This document shows positions 17,902-27,928 of a DNA stretch of 64,000 nt, in pieces. Below the pieces are notes generated by a model. It saw only the letters and a list, made by a program, of their open reading frames with translations. It was not told the origin of the DNA and ran no database searches. Source of the stretch: Candidatus Eiseniibacteriota bacterium (GTDB taxonomy: Bacteria; Eisenbacteria; RBG-16-71-46; CAZAMP01). Where the stretch lies: positions 1,728,001 to 1,792,000 of the forward strand of contig OZ245046.1 in the NCBI GenBank assembly GCA_965224245.1. The letters are read 5' to 3'. The position numbers were made by a program, and so were the translations under genes. The stretch's first letter is position 1; every line of letters begins with the position of its first letter.

Positions 17902-20550
17902 CTACGGCTCGAGCCCGGCACTCCAGTTCAGGACGACGGTGAAGGGCGTCGGGTCGGTGTCCACGACGTCCCGGATGAAGAGGAAGCGCTGGCCGTCGGG
18001 CGAGGGCACGTACTCTCTCGTGCCCGCGCGTGACCAGGTGAGTGCGAAGAGCTCCTCGGGGGTCCCGATCACGAGGCCGTCACCGGCACTCACGGAGACG
18101 GACATCAGACGGCGGTCGTCGGAGATGTAGAAGATCTCGTTTCCGTCCGCGCGCCACGCCAGCTGCTCGCCTCCGTCGGTGGAGACCTGCCACTTGCTCT
18201 CGCCGCCGGGAAAGGAGCGGACGTAGATCTCCGGACGGCCGGACTCGTCGGACACGTGGGCGATCCAGCGATCGTCGGGAGAGAGACGCGCCCCGTACTC
18301 GTCGAACGGGGTCGCGACGAGCGGAACCGGGGCGCCGCCGTCGGCGAGGTCGAGCCGCATGACGTCCCAGCGGTTGTCACCCCTGAGGGTCGACAGCACG
18401 AGGGTCTTGCCATCACGCGTGATGGTGTCGGCGTTCACCAGGGCGTCGAAGTGCGCCACCGGCTCCGCGTCACCGACTCCACTCGCGGCCCGACGTCGGA
18501 GCTCCCACCCTCCGGTCTCGTCCTGCGCCGCGTAGAGGATGTGCCGCCCGTCGGGCGTCCACATCGGATTGAGGTCGACCTGCGGATCGAAGGTGAGCCG
18601 GCTCGTCGTTCCGCGCTCGGGGTCCATCACCCAGACGTCGACGTTGTTCGCCTCGGCCATTCTCCGCTCCACCGTGATCCGGCCGTCCGGGGCGAGGTCG
18701 ACGAAGTCATAGCTCGCATGGTCTCCGAGCTCCTCCAGCACCCTGGCGTCACGATCGATCCACGTGAGGTGCTCGTCGTCCTGACCCAGCCTCCGGTACG
18801 CGAGGACGCCGTTTCGCGAGGCGGCGAACGTCGCGTCGCCCCAGTTGTTCACGCGGATCTCGTCCGCCAGCGGGATCGGCTCGCCGGTGAAGGCGCGCCG
18901 CTTCGCGTCGAACGGCTGGGCGACGAGCGTCTCCTCGGTGACGTGGAGGAGATAGCCGGGCTCGACGTACCTTACGCGGGACCCGATCGGTCCGATGGGC
19001 GCCTTCTCGCCCGTCTCGAGATCCGCCCAGTAGAGCTCGTAGCCCGCCGACTGGATCGCGATGAAGAGAAAGTGCCGTTCGTCCGGCAGAAAGGCGGGCC
19101 ATCCGTAGGTCGCGCCGACCTCCGACGAGTCGCGCCGGAACGCGGCCGCCGGCGTCCCACCGGCGGCGCTCACCCGGGCGATCGCATCGGTGAAGCTCCC
19201 GTCGAAGAGGATCACACCGTCCGAGCTCCACGCGCCGGCATCGCCGCTCGGCGCATCGCAGACGGTCTGGGGCGGGCCGCCCGCAACCGACACCTTCCGG
19301 AGCTTGCCGCCCGAGAAGAAGCCCAGGTGGCGGCTGTCGGGCGACCAGAACGCGAGATCGCCGCCCTCGGCCCCCGGGACCGGACGCGTGGTCAGGTCGT
19401 CGAGCGACCGCAGCCAGATCTGGTCCCCCGCGGAGCCGCGCGTTCCGATGGCCAGGTGGCGCCCGTCCGGGGAGACGGAGACCGAGCGAACGAAGTCGAC
19501 CTCCTCCGGCACCGCAATCTCGAAGCGCATCACCTCCGGCGGTGAAGGCTGAGTCCTCCACCACAGGAACGCCACCGCGACGAGGCCCAGCGTCGCCACC
19601 GCGGCGACGCTCCACCCGAGGCGGCTCTGCGCCCGGCGGCGCGTCGACACGACGGCCGGGACACCGGCCGCGGAGCTCGACTCCGCGACCCACCGGAGCT
19701 GCCCCGCGACGTCGGAGGCGCTCTGCCAGCGGTCCTCCGGGTCCTTCTCCAGGCACTTGTGCACGATGTGGTCGAGCGCGGGCGGCGCCAGGGGCACGAT
19801 GGACGAGAGCGGCGCCGGCTCGCGCTCGAGAATCGCGGCGATGAGCGACGCCTGACTCTTGCCCTCGAACGCCCGGCGCCCCGTCGTCATCTCGTAGAGG
19901 ACCGAGCCCAGCGCGAAGATGTCGCTGCGGGCGTCGGCCTCGCCGCCCTCGAGCTGCTCGGGCGCCATGTACTGGAACGTGCCGAGGATCGTGCCCTCGA
20001 CGGTGAGCGGGCCGCCGGGCGATCCGATCGGAGTCGTCGCGGTGACGGCCTGCGTGACCGCGGCGCCCGCCCCACCGGCCCCCTCTCCGAACTTCGCGAG
20101 GCCGAAGTCGAGGAGCTTCACACCCGTCTTCGTGAGCATGACGTTCCCGGGCTTGAGATCGCGGTGAACGATCCCGGCCTTGTGGGCCCGGTCGAGCGCC
20201 TGCGCGATCTCCGCGCCGTGGCGGAGGGTGTCCGCCGGCGAGAGCGGACCCGCCGTCAGGCGATCGGCGAGCGTCTCCCCCTCCAGGAACTCCATGACGA
20301 GGTAGTCGACGTCGTCCTCGCGACCCAGGTCGTACAGGGTGCAGATGTTCGGATGCTGCAGGCTGGAGATCGTCTTCGCCTCGCGCTCGAAGCGCTGGCG
20401 GCGCTCGGCGTCCTGCGAGAACTGCGCGGGGAGGATCTTGACCGCGACCGTGCGATCGAGCCGGACGTCGCGGGCGCGGTAGACCTCGCCCATGCCGCCG
20501 ACACCGACCTTCTCCTGGATCTCGTAGTGGCCGAGGGTCTTTCCGATCAC
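17902..20550 (-). CDS. Membrane Ser/Thr protein kinase with TolB/PD40 beta-propellers
   Basis: GVGGMGEVY, VAVK, HRDLKPGN, DFGLAK, YMAPE; TM WSVAAVATLGLVAVAFLWW; repeated SPDG/WSPD blades. Confidence 0.93.
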   Translation of the reverse strand: MIGKTLGHYEIQEKVGVGGMGEVYRARDVRLDRTVAVKILPAQFSQDAERRQRFEREAKTISSLQHPNICTLYDLGREDDVDYLVMEFLEGETLADRLTAGPLSPADTLRHGAEIAQALDRAHKAGIVHRDLKPGNVMLTKTGVKLLDFGLAKFGEGAGGAGAAVTQAVTATTPIGSPGGPLTVEGTILGTFQYMAPEQLEGGEADARSDIFALGSVLYEMTTGRRAFEGKSQASLIAAILEREPAPLSSIVPLAPPALDHIVHKCLEKDPEDRWQSASDVAGQLRWVAESSSAAGVPAVVSTRRRAQSRLGWSVAAVATLGLVAVAFLWWRTQPSPPEVMRFEIAVPEEVDFVRSVSVSPDGRHLAIGTRGSAGDQIWLRSLDDLTTRPVPGAEGGDLAFWSPDSRHLGFFSGGKLRKVSVAGGPPQTVCDAPSGDAGAWSSDGVILFDGSFTDAIARVSAAGGTPAAAFRRDSSEVGATYGWPAFLPDERHFLFIAIQSAGYELYWADLETGEKAPIGPIGSRVRYVEPGYLLHVTEETLVAQPFDAKRRAFTGEPIPLADEIRVNNWGDATFAASRNGVLAYRRLGQDDEHLTWIDRDARVLEELGDHASYDFVDLAPDGRITVERRMAEANNVDVWVMDPERGTTSRLTFDPQVDLNPMWTPDGRHILYAAQDETGGWELRRRAASGVGDAEPVAHFDALVNADTITRDGKTLVLSTLRGDNRWDVMRLDLADGGAPVPLVATPFDEYGARLSPDDRWIAHVSDESGRPEIYVRSFPGGESKWQVSTDGGEQLAWRADGNEIFYISDDRRLMSVSVSAGDGLVIGTPEELFALTWSRAGTREYVPSPDGQRFLFIRDVVDTDPTPFTVVLNWSAGLEP

Positions 20551-20740
20551 GATCCGGGCGTCCTTTGCTGGTGGGCGAGCAGTGAGGGACGCGATAATCT
20601 AGCACCATGCAACGGCTTCCGCCAACGTGAGATCGGCTCCGACCGCTGCGGGCGTCGGTGCTGGTGCTCGCCGGTCCACAGCCGCTACAGTCCCCACCTG
20701 GCTCCGGGCACCTCTCCGAACCCAGCAAGGACATCCGACC

Positions 20741-23620
20741 GTGATCGGCAACACACTCGGCCACTACCAGATCGTCGACCGGATCGGCGCCGGCGGCATG
20801 GGCGAGGTCTACCGCGCCCGCGACTCCCGCCTCGGCCGCGAGGTCGCGGTCAAGGTGCTCCGCGCGAGCATCTCCCTCGCCCCCGGCGCCCGCGAGCGCT
20901 TCGAGCGCGAGGCCCAGGTGATCGCGCGGCTGAACCATCCCGGCATCTGCACGCTCCACGACATCGGGCGCGAGGGCGACGTGGACTTCCTGGTCATGGA
21001 GTTCCTCGACGGCGAGACGCTGGCCGAGCGCCTCGCCCGGGGTCCGCTTCCGGTGCGCGAGCTCCTCGACGTGGCGGAGCGGATCTCCGACGCGCTGGGT
21101 CGCGCGCACGCCGCCGGGGTCGTTCATCGCGACCTGAAGCCCGGCAACGTGATGCTCACCAGCGCCGGGGTGAAGCTCCTCGACTTCGGTCTGGCTCACG
21201 CGCAGGAGAGCCGGCCAGCCGCGTCGGGTGGGAGTGACTCACCGACGGGCGTCGCACCGTCGCCGGTGGACGCGCCCTCGACGGTCGATGCGCCGTCGAC
21301 CGTCGACGCACCCTTGACCACCGCGGGCGCCATCCTCGGCACGCCCCAGTACATGGCGCCCGAGCAGCTGGAGGGCGGCGAGGTGGATGCCCGCACCGAC
21401 GTCTTCGCGCTCGGCTGCGTGCTCTACGAGATGGCGACGGCCGCGCGTCCATTCCCCGGGGACAGCACCACGTCGATCCTCGGGGCGATCCTTCGTGCAG
21501 GACCCGAGACGTTTGCGCCGCTCGAAGCGGCGGTGCCGGGACGGGTGGAGACGATCATCCGCCGCTGCCTGCGTCACGACCCCGCCGAGCGCTTCCCGAA
21601 CGCGGCCGAGGTCGGCGATGCGATCACCACGCTCCGCGAGTGGGTTCGCACGGAGGCGCTTCCGGAGCTCACCCGCATCGTGGAGCGCACGAACCCCATC
21701 GAGGAGGGGCCGGACTGCTGGGCCGCGTTCATGCTCGCCCGGGAGATCGAGGCGCTCGCCGGCGACGAGCCGCTGCTCGAGCGGCTCTGGCCGGAGTTCA
21801 CGAGCGAGCTCTCCATCACCACCGATCCCCCCGGCGCGTCGCTCCACGCGAGGTACTACGGTGACGCGGACGCCGAGTGGATCGACGTCGGCACCACCCC
21901 GATCGAGGGCGTTCGCTTTCCCCTCGGGATCGCCCGGCTGAAGCTGGAGCGGCCAGGGCACCGGGTGACCCGCGACGTGGTCTGGCACCTGCCCGCGCGC
22001 TTCTCGGGCGCGGTGCTCGGGGGCGTCACGCAGCACTACCGGCTCCTCGAGCCCGGCGCGATCCCCGACGACATGGAGGCGGTGCCGGCCGGTGTCGCGC
22101 CGGTCTTCATGCCCGGGCTCGATCATCTGGAGCCCGAGCCGACAGCGGCCTTCCTCATCGATCGGGATCCGGTCACGAACCGGGCGTTCAAGGCGTTCGT
22201 GGACGCCGGGGGCTACGACGATCCGTCGCTCTGGCGGCATCCCTTCCGCACCGCCGAGGGCGAGCTCTCGCGCGAGGAGGCCATGGCCCGGTTCACCGAT
22301 GCGGTGGGCCGTCCGGGCCCGGCCTCCTGGGAGCTCGGCGAGTACCCGCCGGGTGAGGACGACATGCCCGTGACCGGCGTCAGCTGGTTCGAGGCCGCCG
22401 CGTACGCCGCCTGGTGCGAGAAGGAGCTGCCGACCCTCTTCCACTGGAGCCGCGTCGCCGGCACCGCGATGAGCAGCCAGATCGTCCCCCACGCCAACCT
22501 CGACGGGCGTGCGCTCCTGCCGGTGGGATCCACCCTCGCCGAGCACCGGCACGGCGTGCGCGACCTCGCCGGGAACGTCCGCGAGTGGGTGTGGAACGAG
22601 TGCAATCGTCCCGGCGAGCGGTTCATCCTCGGCGGCGGCTGGAACGATCCCGGCTACGCGTTCATGGACGCCTACGCGCAGTCGGCGTTCGATCGGTCGC
22701 CCACGAACGGGTTCCGCTGCATCCGCCGGACCGAGCCCGAGCCCAACGCCGACCATCTGTCGCGCCGGATCGAGCTTCCATTCCGGGACTTCCTCGCCGA
22801 GGAGCCGGTCTCGGACGAGATGTTCGCGTTCTTCCTTCGCCAGTTCCAGTACGACGAGGCGCCGCTGGAGGCGCGCGTCGAGGAGGAGCAGCGCGACGAG
22901 ACCGCGCACCGGATACTGGTCTCGTTCGACGCCGCCTACGGCGGCGAGCGCATGCTTGCGTACCTGTTCCTGCCCACCGTGGGGACGCCGCCCTACCAGA
23001 CGGTCCTGATCTTCCCGGGATCGCTCGCCCTGCATCAGCGCACGGTGGGCTTCGAGGACTTCCGCCGCACCGACTTCGTGGTCAAGAGCGGCCGCGCGCT
23101 GATCCTCCCGATCTACAAGGGGACGTATCAGCGCGGCGGAAGTCTCACGTCGGACTACGCCAGGGAGACGAACGCGTACAAGGACCACGTGGTGGCGTGG
23201 GCGAAGGACCTCGCGCGGTCGATCGACTACCTCGAGAGCCGGAACGACATCGACGCGGATCGGATCGCCTACCTGGGGCTGAGCTGGGGCGGGGCGATGG
23301 GATCGATCATGCCCGCGGTGGAGACTCGGATCCGGGCGAACGTGCTGTACGTCGCGGGGCTCAACTTTCAGCGGGCGCTGCCGGAGGCGGATCAGATCAA
23401 CTACGTGACGCGGGTCAAGCAGCCGACGCTGATGCTGAACGGGGAGCTGGACTTCTACTTCCCGGAGCTGACGTCGCAGCGTCCGATGTTCGAGCTCCTG
23501 GGGACGCCGCCCGAGCACAAGAAGCGGGTGACGTACCCGCGGGGGCATTCGGTGCCGAGGGCTGAGTTCGTCAAGGAGACGCTGGCGTGGCTGGATCGGT
23601 ATCTGGGCGTGGTGGGCTAG
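20741..23620 (+). CDS. Ser/Thr kinase + FGE-sulfatase-like domain + alpha/beta hydrolase (dienelactone hydrolase/S9-like)
   Basis: GTG 20741 after AAGGA; kinase motifs; PEGA-like TDPPGA; PVTN..F..F, PVTGVSWFEAAAYA.W, DLAGNVREW, NGFRC; GLSWGG elbow, GELD, RGHSVP. Confidence 0.9.
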   Translation: MIGNTLGHYQIVDRIGAGGMGEVYRARDSRLGREVAVKVLRASISLAPGARERFEREAQVIARLNHPGICTLHDIGREGDVDFLVMEFLDGETLAERLARGPLPVRELLDVAERISDALGRAHAAGVVHRDLKPGNVMLTSAGVKLLDFGLAHAQESRPAASGGSDSPTGVAPSPVDAPSTVDAPSTVDAPLTTAGAILGTPQYMAPEQLEGGEVDARTDVFALGCVLYEMATAARPFPGDSTTSILGAILRAGPETFAPLEAAVPGRVETIIRRCLRHDPAERFPNAAEVGDAITTLREWVRTEALPELTRIVERTNPIEEGPDCWAAFMLAREIEALAGDEPLLERLWPEFTSELSITTDPPGASLHARYYGDADAEWIDVGTTPIEGVRFPLGIARLKLERPGHRVTRDVVWHLPARFSGAVLGGVTQHYRLLEPGAIPDDMEAVPAGVAPVFMPGLDHLEPEPTAAFLIDRDPVTNRAFKAFVDAGGYDDPSLWRHPFRTAEGELSREEAMARFTDAVGRPGPASWELGEYPPGEDDMPVTGVSWFEAAAYAAWCEKELPTLFHWSRVAGTAMSSQIVPHANLDGRALLPVGSTLAEHRHGVRDLAGNVREWVWNECNRPGERFILGGGWNDPGYAFMDAYAQSAFDRSPTNGFRCIRRTEPEPNADHLSRRIELPFRDFLAEEPVSDEMFAFFLRQFQYDEAPLEARVEEEQRDETAHRILVSFDAAYGGERMLAYLFLPTVGTPPYQTVLIFPGSLALHQRTVGFEDFRRTDFVVKSGRALILPIYKGTYQRGGSLTSDYARETNAYKDHVVAWAKDLARSIDYLESRNDIDADRIAYLGLSWGGAMGSIMPAVETRIRANVLYVAGLNFQRALPEADQINYVTRVKQPTLMLNGELDFYFPELTSQRPMFELLGTPPEHKKRVTYPRGHSVPRAEFVKETLAWLDRYLGVVG

Positions 23621-23752
23621 CGGGTGCCCGAGCCGGGTCGGGGTTCGTCGATCCGCCGAGTGAAACCGGACGAGGCCGAGCCGGCGTGCGCGTCGGCCCC
23701 GCGTGTTCCCTGCATTGAGGAACGGAACGTCGTCGATGCCGTCGATCCGGCG

Positions 23753-24640
23753 CTAGAGATCGGGGAAGCTCGTGGCGTTCGCGAACGCACGGTAGACATC
23801 CTGTATGTCGGACGTCTCCGTCACCAGCCCCGGGCTCATCCCCGTGCCCGCCTCGCCGAACTTCATCTTGTGCCAGGCTTCGTTGGGCTTCTCCCTGACG
23901 AACTGTCCCAGGCTACGTCCTTCGAGATCCAGCGACGTTCCATCGGCGCCGTGGCAGGACGAGTTCGTGCAGCCCGCGGCAGCGATGACCGTGAGTCCAT
24001 TCGCCTCGTCGCCCATCGCACCGACGTTGGAGTAGGTCAACGTCGGCGCCTGGACCACGGGCGGGTCGACCGTGTAGTCGACGTACATGGCCGGTCCAGA
24101 CACCTCCAGATCGTAGAGCACGTTCGGTGCGACCCACTCTTCTTTCATGAACTTGACCAGGTTCCACACCTGATCGTCCGTCAGCATGGAGAAATCCGGA
24201 TGGGTATTGTCCCGAGCATCAATGGTCCGAGCTCCGAGATGACGAATCAGATCGAACAGCTCGCGATGGCTCTCGGAGGCGGCAGTGCTGCGGAGATTGA
24301 TCGATGAGACGTCGGGGCGGTTCGGGTTCAGCGTGCTCTGCCCGGTACGACTCGCGTACGAGGCCGCGTTCCCCAGACCATCCCAGGCGTGACAGGCCTT
24401 GCAGCGGTAGAAGTCGGCGGGGGCACTGGTACTCGGCTGGCTCCCGCTTCCGGCAGCGTCGGTCGTCCACCACTTCGAGTAGGCGGCACCGCCGGCGATC
24501 GCATCCGCGTCCAGAAACTCCTGAGGTGGCGGCCCCGGCCAGTCGGCTCCGTCCGTCCCCGCCACGCCCTGTGGCCCCTCGTCGCCCTCACACGCGGCGA
24601 AGATGAGCAAGAGAGTGCACGCGAGAAATGATCTTCTCAT
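23753..24640 (-). CDS. c-type cytochrome lipoprotein (CxxCH plus atypical CxxxxCH) with short collagen-like stretch
   Basis: AAGGAG RBS, ATG 24640; lipobox FAAC; GDEGPQGVAGTDGAD; YRCKACHAWDG; GCTNSSCHGADG. Confidence 0.8.
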   Translation of the reverse strand: MRRSFLACTLLLIFAACEGDEGPQGVAGTDGADWPGPPPQEFLDADAIAGGAAYSKWWTTDAAGSGSQPSTSAPADFYRCKACHAWDGLGNAASYASRTGQSTLNPNRPDVSSINLRSTAASESHRELFDLIRHLGARTIDARDNTHPDFSMLTDDQVWNLVKFMKEEWVAPNVLYDLEVSGPAMYVDYTVDPPVVQAPTLTYSNVGAMGDEANGLTVIAAAGCTNSSCHGADGTSLDLEGRSLGQFVREKPNEAWHKMKFGEAGTGMSPGLVTETSDIQDVYRAFANATSFPDL

Positions 24641-25052
24641 GGCTGGGCTCCTTGGGCTTTTCACCCGGCGGAGTCAGAGAAGTGGAACCTCGTGTAGCGG
24701 TGCCTTCCCGTGTCCGCCGAGAAGTTGGAGGCGGGTGCGGTCATGTGGAGGTAGGACTGGGTGAGATGCACCCGTACGGGAGGGATGCTTAGATCCGGCG
24801 ACGTTCATCGCCAATAAGGGGTTTCCGAATCCGATTGATCGTGTCGTGGCTTCGGCATCGGGCTCGCGACTGCGGGCGCGATGGCCGAAGACCATGTGTC
24901 ATACCCGGGCAACATGGACAGTCGAGTTGTCCCTTTTTCCTGCGGAGTCCACCGCTCGGTCCTCTTTCTCATCCTGGGGTGTGGACGCGTTCGATGTGGT
25001 CGAACCCGTCGGCCGTCGGGATCCGTGCCGTCATGGTCGACGGGCGGAAAGC

Positions 25053-25129
25053 TGGCACCCCCGGCCCGACTCGAACGGGCGACACGCGGTTTAGGAAACC
25101 GCTGCTCTATCCACCTGAGCTACGGGGGC
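25053..25129 (-). tRNA. tRNA-Arg(CCT)
   Basis: Reverse complement GCCCCCGTAGCTCAGGTGGATAGAGCAGCGGTTT-CCT-AAACCGCGTGTCGCCCGTTCGAGTCGGGCCGGGGGTGCCA; 77 nt, cloverleaf, encoded CCA. Confidence 0.97.
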
Positions 25130-25344
25130 AACTCGTTGAGTAGAAGCAGGATACAGGCAAGACGAGCACCAGCCAACCTCGAAAGCACGCGGTCTGGAAC
25201 ACCGCATGCTCCTCGGAAGGCATGGCTACAACTCGTTCGATGGCGACGGATACTATCATGAGGACGAGCGACCGGCGTCTTCCGAGAGTGAGACAGACGG
25301 TAGCTGCGGCGATAGCCATCTGGCATCTCGAGGACGAGCCGCAC

Positions 25345-25510
25345 GCTCGAAGGCACCCGTGTCGTGATGCTGAACCGCAACCCGGAGACGTCGACCGCCG
25401 CCATCGGACGGCTGACGAGGCAGTTCGCGGCCGACGCCGACGTGTCCTTCAGCAGAACGGACCTCGCGATCCTGGCTTCCAAGCTGGTCGCTGTAGTGCG
25501 ACCACGATTG
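25345..25510 (+). pseudogene. Internal fragment of an SDR oxidoreductase
   Basis: EGTRVVMLNRNPETSTAAI..FAADADVSFSRTDLAILAS resembles the SDR 'GAxVVMLNRN..DVSFIxxDLA.L.S' segment; no start or catalytic half. Confidence 0.5.
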
Positions 25511-25524
25511 CACGCAGAAGCCAG

Positions 25525-25956
25525 CTATTCGTGCACTCTCGCCGCCAGCGAGGCCAGCGCCTCCGCGTACTCCTGCCATCCTACCTGGTGATCGTGTACC
25601 TGGTTCGCCGGCAGCCCGCTGTGCGTGAGCACGAGATGGGTCCCGTTGCCGGATGGAGTCAACGCGATGCGGACCGCCGTGGATCCGACCGGCATCTCGG
25701 CCTTGCTGCTTCCCTCGCTCACGCCCCACGTGAACGCGATGAGATCGTGCGGGTCGAACTCGGTGACCTCTCCCTCGACGACCTCGCTGCAGCCGTTGAA
25801 GGCGATGCGCATCTTGCCACCGAGAGACGCGTCGAAGTCGACCGACGCTTCGAGCCACTTCGCGAGCAGCTCGCCGCGGGTCACGCACCGGAAGACCGTC
25901 GCCTGACTCGCGTCGATCGTGATCTCGACCTTCACCGTCTGCTCCGTCGCCCTCAT
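25525..25956 (-). CDS. SRPBCC/AHSA1-like (START-fold) protein
   Basis: EITIDAS..TVF....LAKW, GEVTEFDP..IAFTW, GTHLVLTHSG, H..GW; ATGA-coupled to ArsR. Confidence 0.88.
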   Translation of the reverse strand: MRATEQTVKVEITIDASQATVFRCVTRGELLAKWLEASVDFDASLGGKMRIAFNGCSEVVEGEVTEFDPHDLIAFTWGVSEGSSKAEMPVGSTAVRIALTPSGNGTHLVLTHSGLPANQVHDHQVGWQEYAEALASLAARVHE

Positions 25957-26261
25957 CGTCGTTCCTCCTGTTCAGCAACCATCTTGAGTCGTTCGAGTCG
26001 CTCGTTCCACATCGTTTCCAGCGCCAGCGCCACGGGGCCGAGCGCCTCGGGCTGCGCACGATAGAACCGCTGACGTCCCGCGCGCCGGACCGTGACCAGG
26101 CCCGCGTCCGCGAGCTTCTTCAGGTGCTGGGAGACCGCCCCGAACGTGATCGTGAACGCCTGCGCGATCTCGCCCGCGGACCGTTCCTCGGTCCAGCACA
26201 TCCGGAGGATCTCCTGGCGTCGCGGTAGCGCGACGATCTGAAGGGCGCTGGTCGTTTCCAT
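25953..26261 (-). CDS. ArsR/SmtB-family transcriptional regulator
   Basis: ALPRRQEIL, SAGEIA, AVSQHLKKL..AGLV..RR.GRQRFY. Confidence 0.92.
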   Translation of the reverse strand: METTSALQIVALPRRQEILRMCWTEERSAGEIAQAFTITFGAVSQHLKKLADAGLVTVRRAGRQRFYRAQPEALGPVALALETMWNERLERLKMVAEQEERR

Positions 26262-26266
26262 GGCAT

Positions 26267-26295
26267 TATTTTAGCTGATACTAAAATATAATCAA
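26267..26295 (-). promoter_or_regulatory. sigma70-like promoter (TTGATT-N16-TAAAAT) overlapped by an 8-6-8 palindrome (ArsR operator); likely leaderless mRNA
   Basis: TATTTTAG-ctgata-CTAAAATA at 26267-26288; the -10 box ends 6 nt before the ATG; no RBS. Confidence 0.75.
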
Positions 26296-26476
26296 CCCCT
26301 TTTTCCCGCGTGCGGCCGGCGAACTCGACCGCCCCGTGCCGGAGCGGCGACTTCCAGTGAGGGATCTGAGCGAAGGGGCTACAGGTTCGAAAGCGGCGGC
26401 GGAGACACCTCGTGGTCCCGGCATCGAGCGGCTGAACTCTCGGGGCCCGGCGTTTCCTACGCGCTCGTGGGGGCTC

Positions 26477-27853
26477 TCAGTCGGCCGTCCTCTCGTTCTC
26501 ATCGCGGCGGCCGTTACCGTACACGCCGAGCACCTTGTTCACGTGCCCACCGGCGTCGCGCTGGAACTCCAGGCGGAAGTTGTCCAGATCGCCCACCTGG
26601 AAGAGATCGTCACCCATCGGCGCCAGCCGGTGGCGGGGACGATCCTCGCGCTGGTAGTACAGAGCGCCGTCGTCGTCGAGGATGATCCTCCTCGGGCCGT
26701 AGCGGCCCACGTACTGCTCGAGCTGGCTCGGGGTCAGCTCGACCGGATCGAGCTCCGCCTCGACGTCGGCCAGCGCCCACTCGAGCGCGAAACGAGTGTC
26801 CTCTTCCGTCGCCGCCGCGCGCAGGGTCGTCAGAGCGTCGGCCCGCGCAGCCAGAAGCGCCCGGTCACTGCTCACCGCGATGTCGGGCCTCACCCCGACC
26901 CCCTCCCAGCCCTCGCCGTTCTCGGGGTTGTACGCCCGGCCGTACGGAAGGCGGATGCCCATCCGAAAGCCGTCGAAGGAGAAGAACTCCGAGGCGACGG
27001 TGTTCCCGGCGCCCGCGGTGGTGTCGCCGACGACGGTGGCCCGCTCGAGGTTCTTCAGGTCGAACGTGAACTCCTCCGCCGCGGAGCCGGTGAATCGACT
27101 GGTCAGGACGTAGACCGGTACGTCGGCCAGGCGGCGACCCGGTACGTGGTCCAGGGTGTAGGACTGGACCGTCTCGTCGATGGCGCGCTCGTACCAGTTG
27201 ATCAGGTGTACGCGCTCGTCGAACAGATAGCTCGCCAGCAGGCGAATCATCGAGGCGGCGCCACCGCCGTTCTGGCGCAGGTCGATGATCAGCGCGTGCG
27301 TGTTGGCGAGGAAGTTCATGGCCGCGATTGCCGCCTCGGCCGCGTCGGTGCCTTCGATGTGCGCGAACTCGTTCAGCTGCAGGTAGCCGATGTTGCCGGG
27401 CAGGATCTCGACCTTCTGGAAGCCGTAGTTCCGCTCGCGCTGGCGGCGCAAGAAGGCCTGCGTCTCCCGTGGGTTGTCCACCTGCTCCGCGGCCGACGGG
27501 TCGAGCGGCAACATCGCGCGGATGCCGAAGTGATTGTCGTGGTGGGTGGTCTGGGCGTCCTGCTCGAGCCGCTGGGCGAGCTCGACCGGATCGGTCAGCT
27601 CCTCGTAGGCGCCACGCGCCAGCTCGGCCTTCAAGAACACGACGATCCGCTCGGCGCCCTCCTGATCGACGTAGATGGAATCGATCGCGGCGCAGATGCT
27701 GTCCACGATGGCCCCGCGGATGGCCGCATCGATCGGGGGCAGCTCGCCAGGCTGGGCGAACATCCGCTGGGCGCGGGTGGACGAGGTGCACGACATCGAG
27801 ATCGCGAGGAGAAGCAAGAACGTGGTGACGAGACCGCACGCACGAGGCTTCAT
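26477..27853 (-). CDS. Secreted S41-family (IRBP-like) peptidase
   Basis: Signal peptide; GNIGYL, IIDLRQNGGG, TGSAAEEF, VVGDTTAG, WEGVGVRPD. Confidence 0.92.
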   Translation of the reverse strand: MKPRACGLVTTFLLLLAISMSCTSSTRAQRMFAQPGELPPIDAAIRGAIVDSICAAIDSIYVDQEGAERIVVFLKAELARGAYEELTDPVELAQRLEQDAQTTHHDNHFGIRAMLPLDPSAAEQVDNPRETQAFLRRQRERNYGFQKVEILPGNIGYLQLNEFAHIEGTDAAEAAIAAMNFLANTHALIIDLRQNGGGAASMIRLLASYLFDERVHLINWYERAIDETVQSYTLDHVPGRRLADVPVYVLTSRFTGSAAEEFTFDLKNLERATVVGDTTAGAGNTVASEFFSFDGFRMGIRLPYGRAYNPENGEGWEGVGVRPDIAVSSDRALLAARADALTTLRAAATEEDTRFALEWALADVEAELDPVELTPSQLEQYVGRYGPRRIILDDDGALYYQREDRPRHRLAPMGDDLFQVGDLDNFRLEFQRDAGGHVNKVLGVYGNGRRDENERTAD

Positions 27854-27928
27854 GGCTGGACCTCCGTCGTGCCAACCGTCTACTCCCCAGCCGCCGGACA
27901 GCTTCCGCCGGGGTCACCCTCGTAACTC

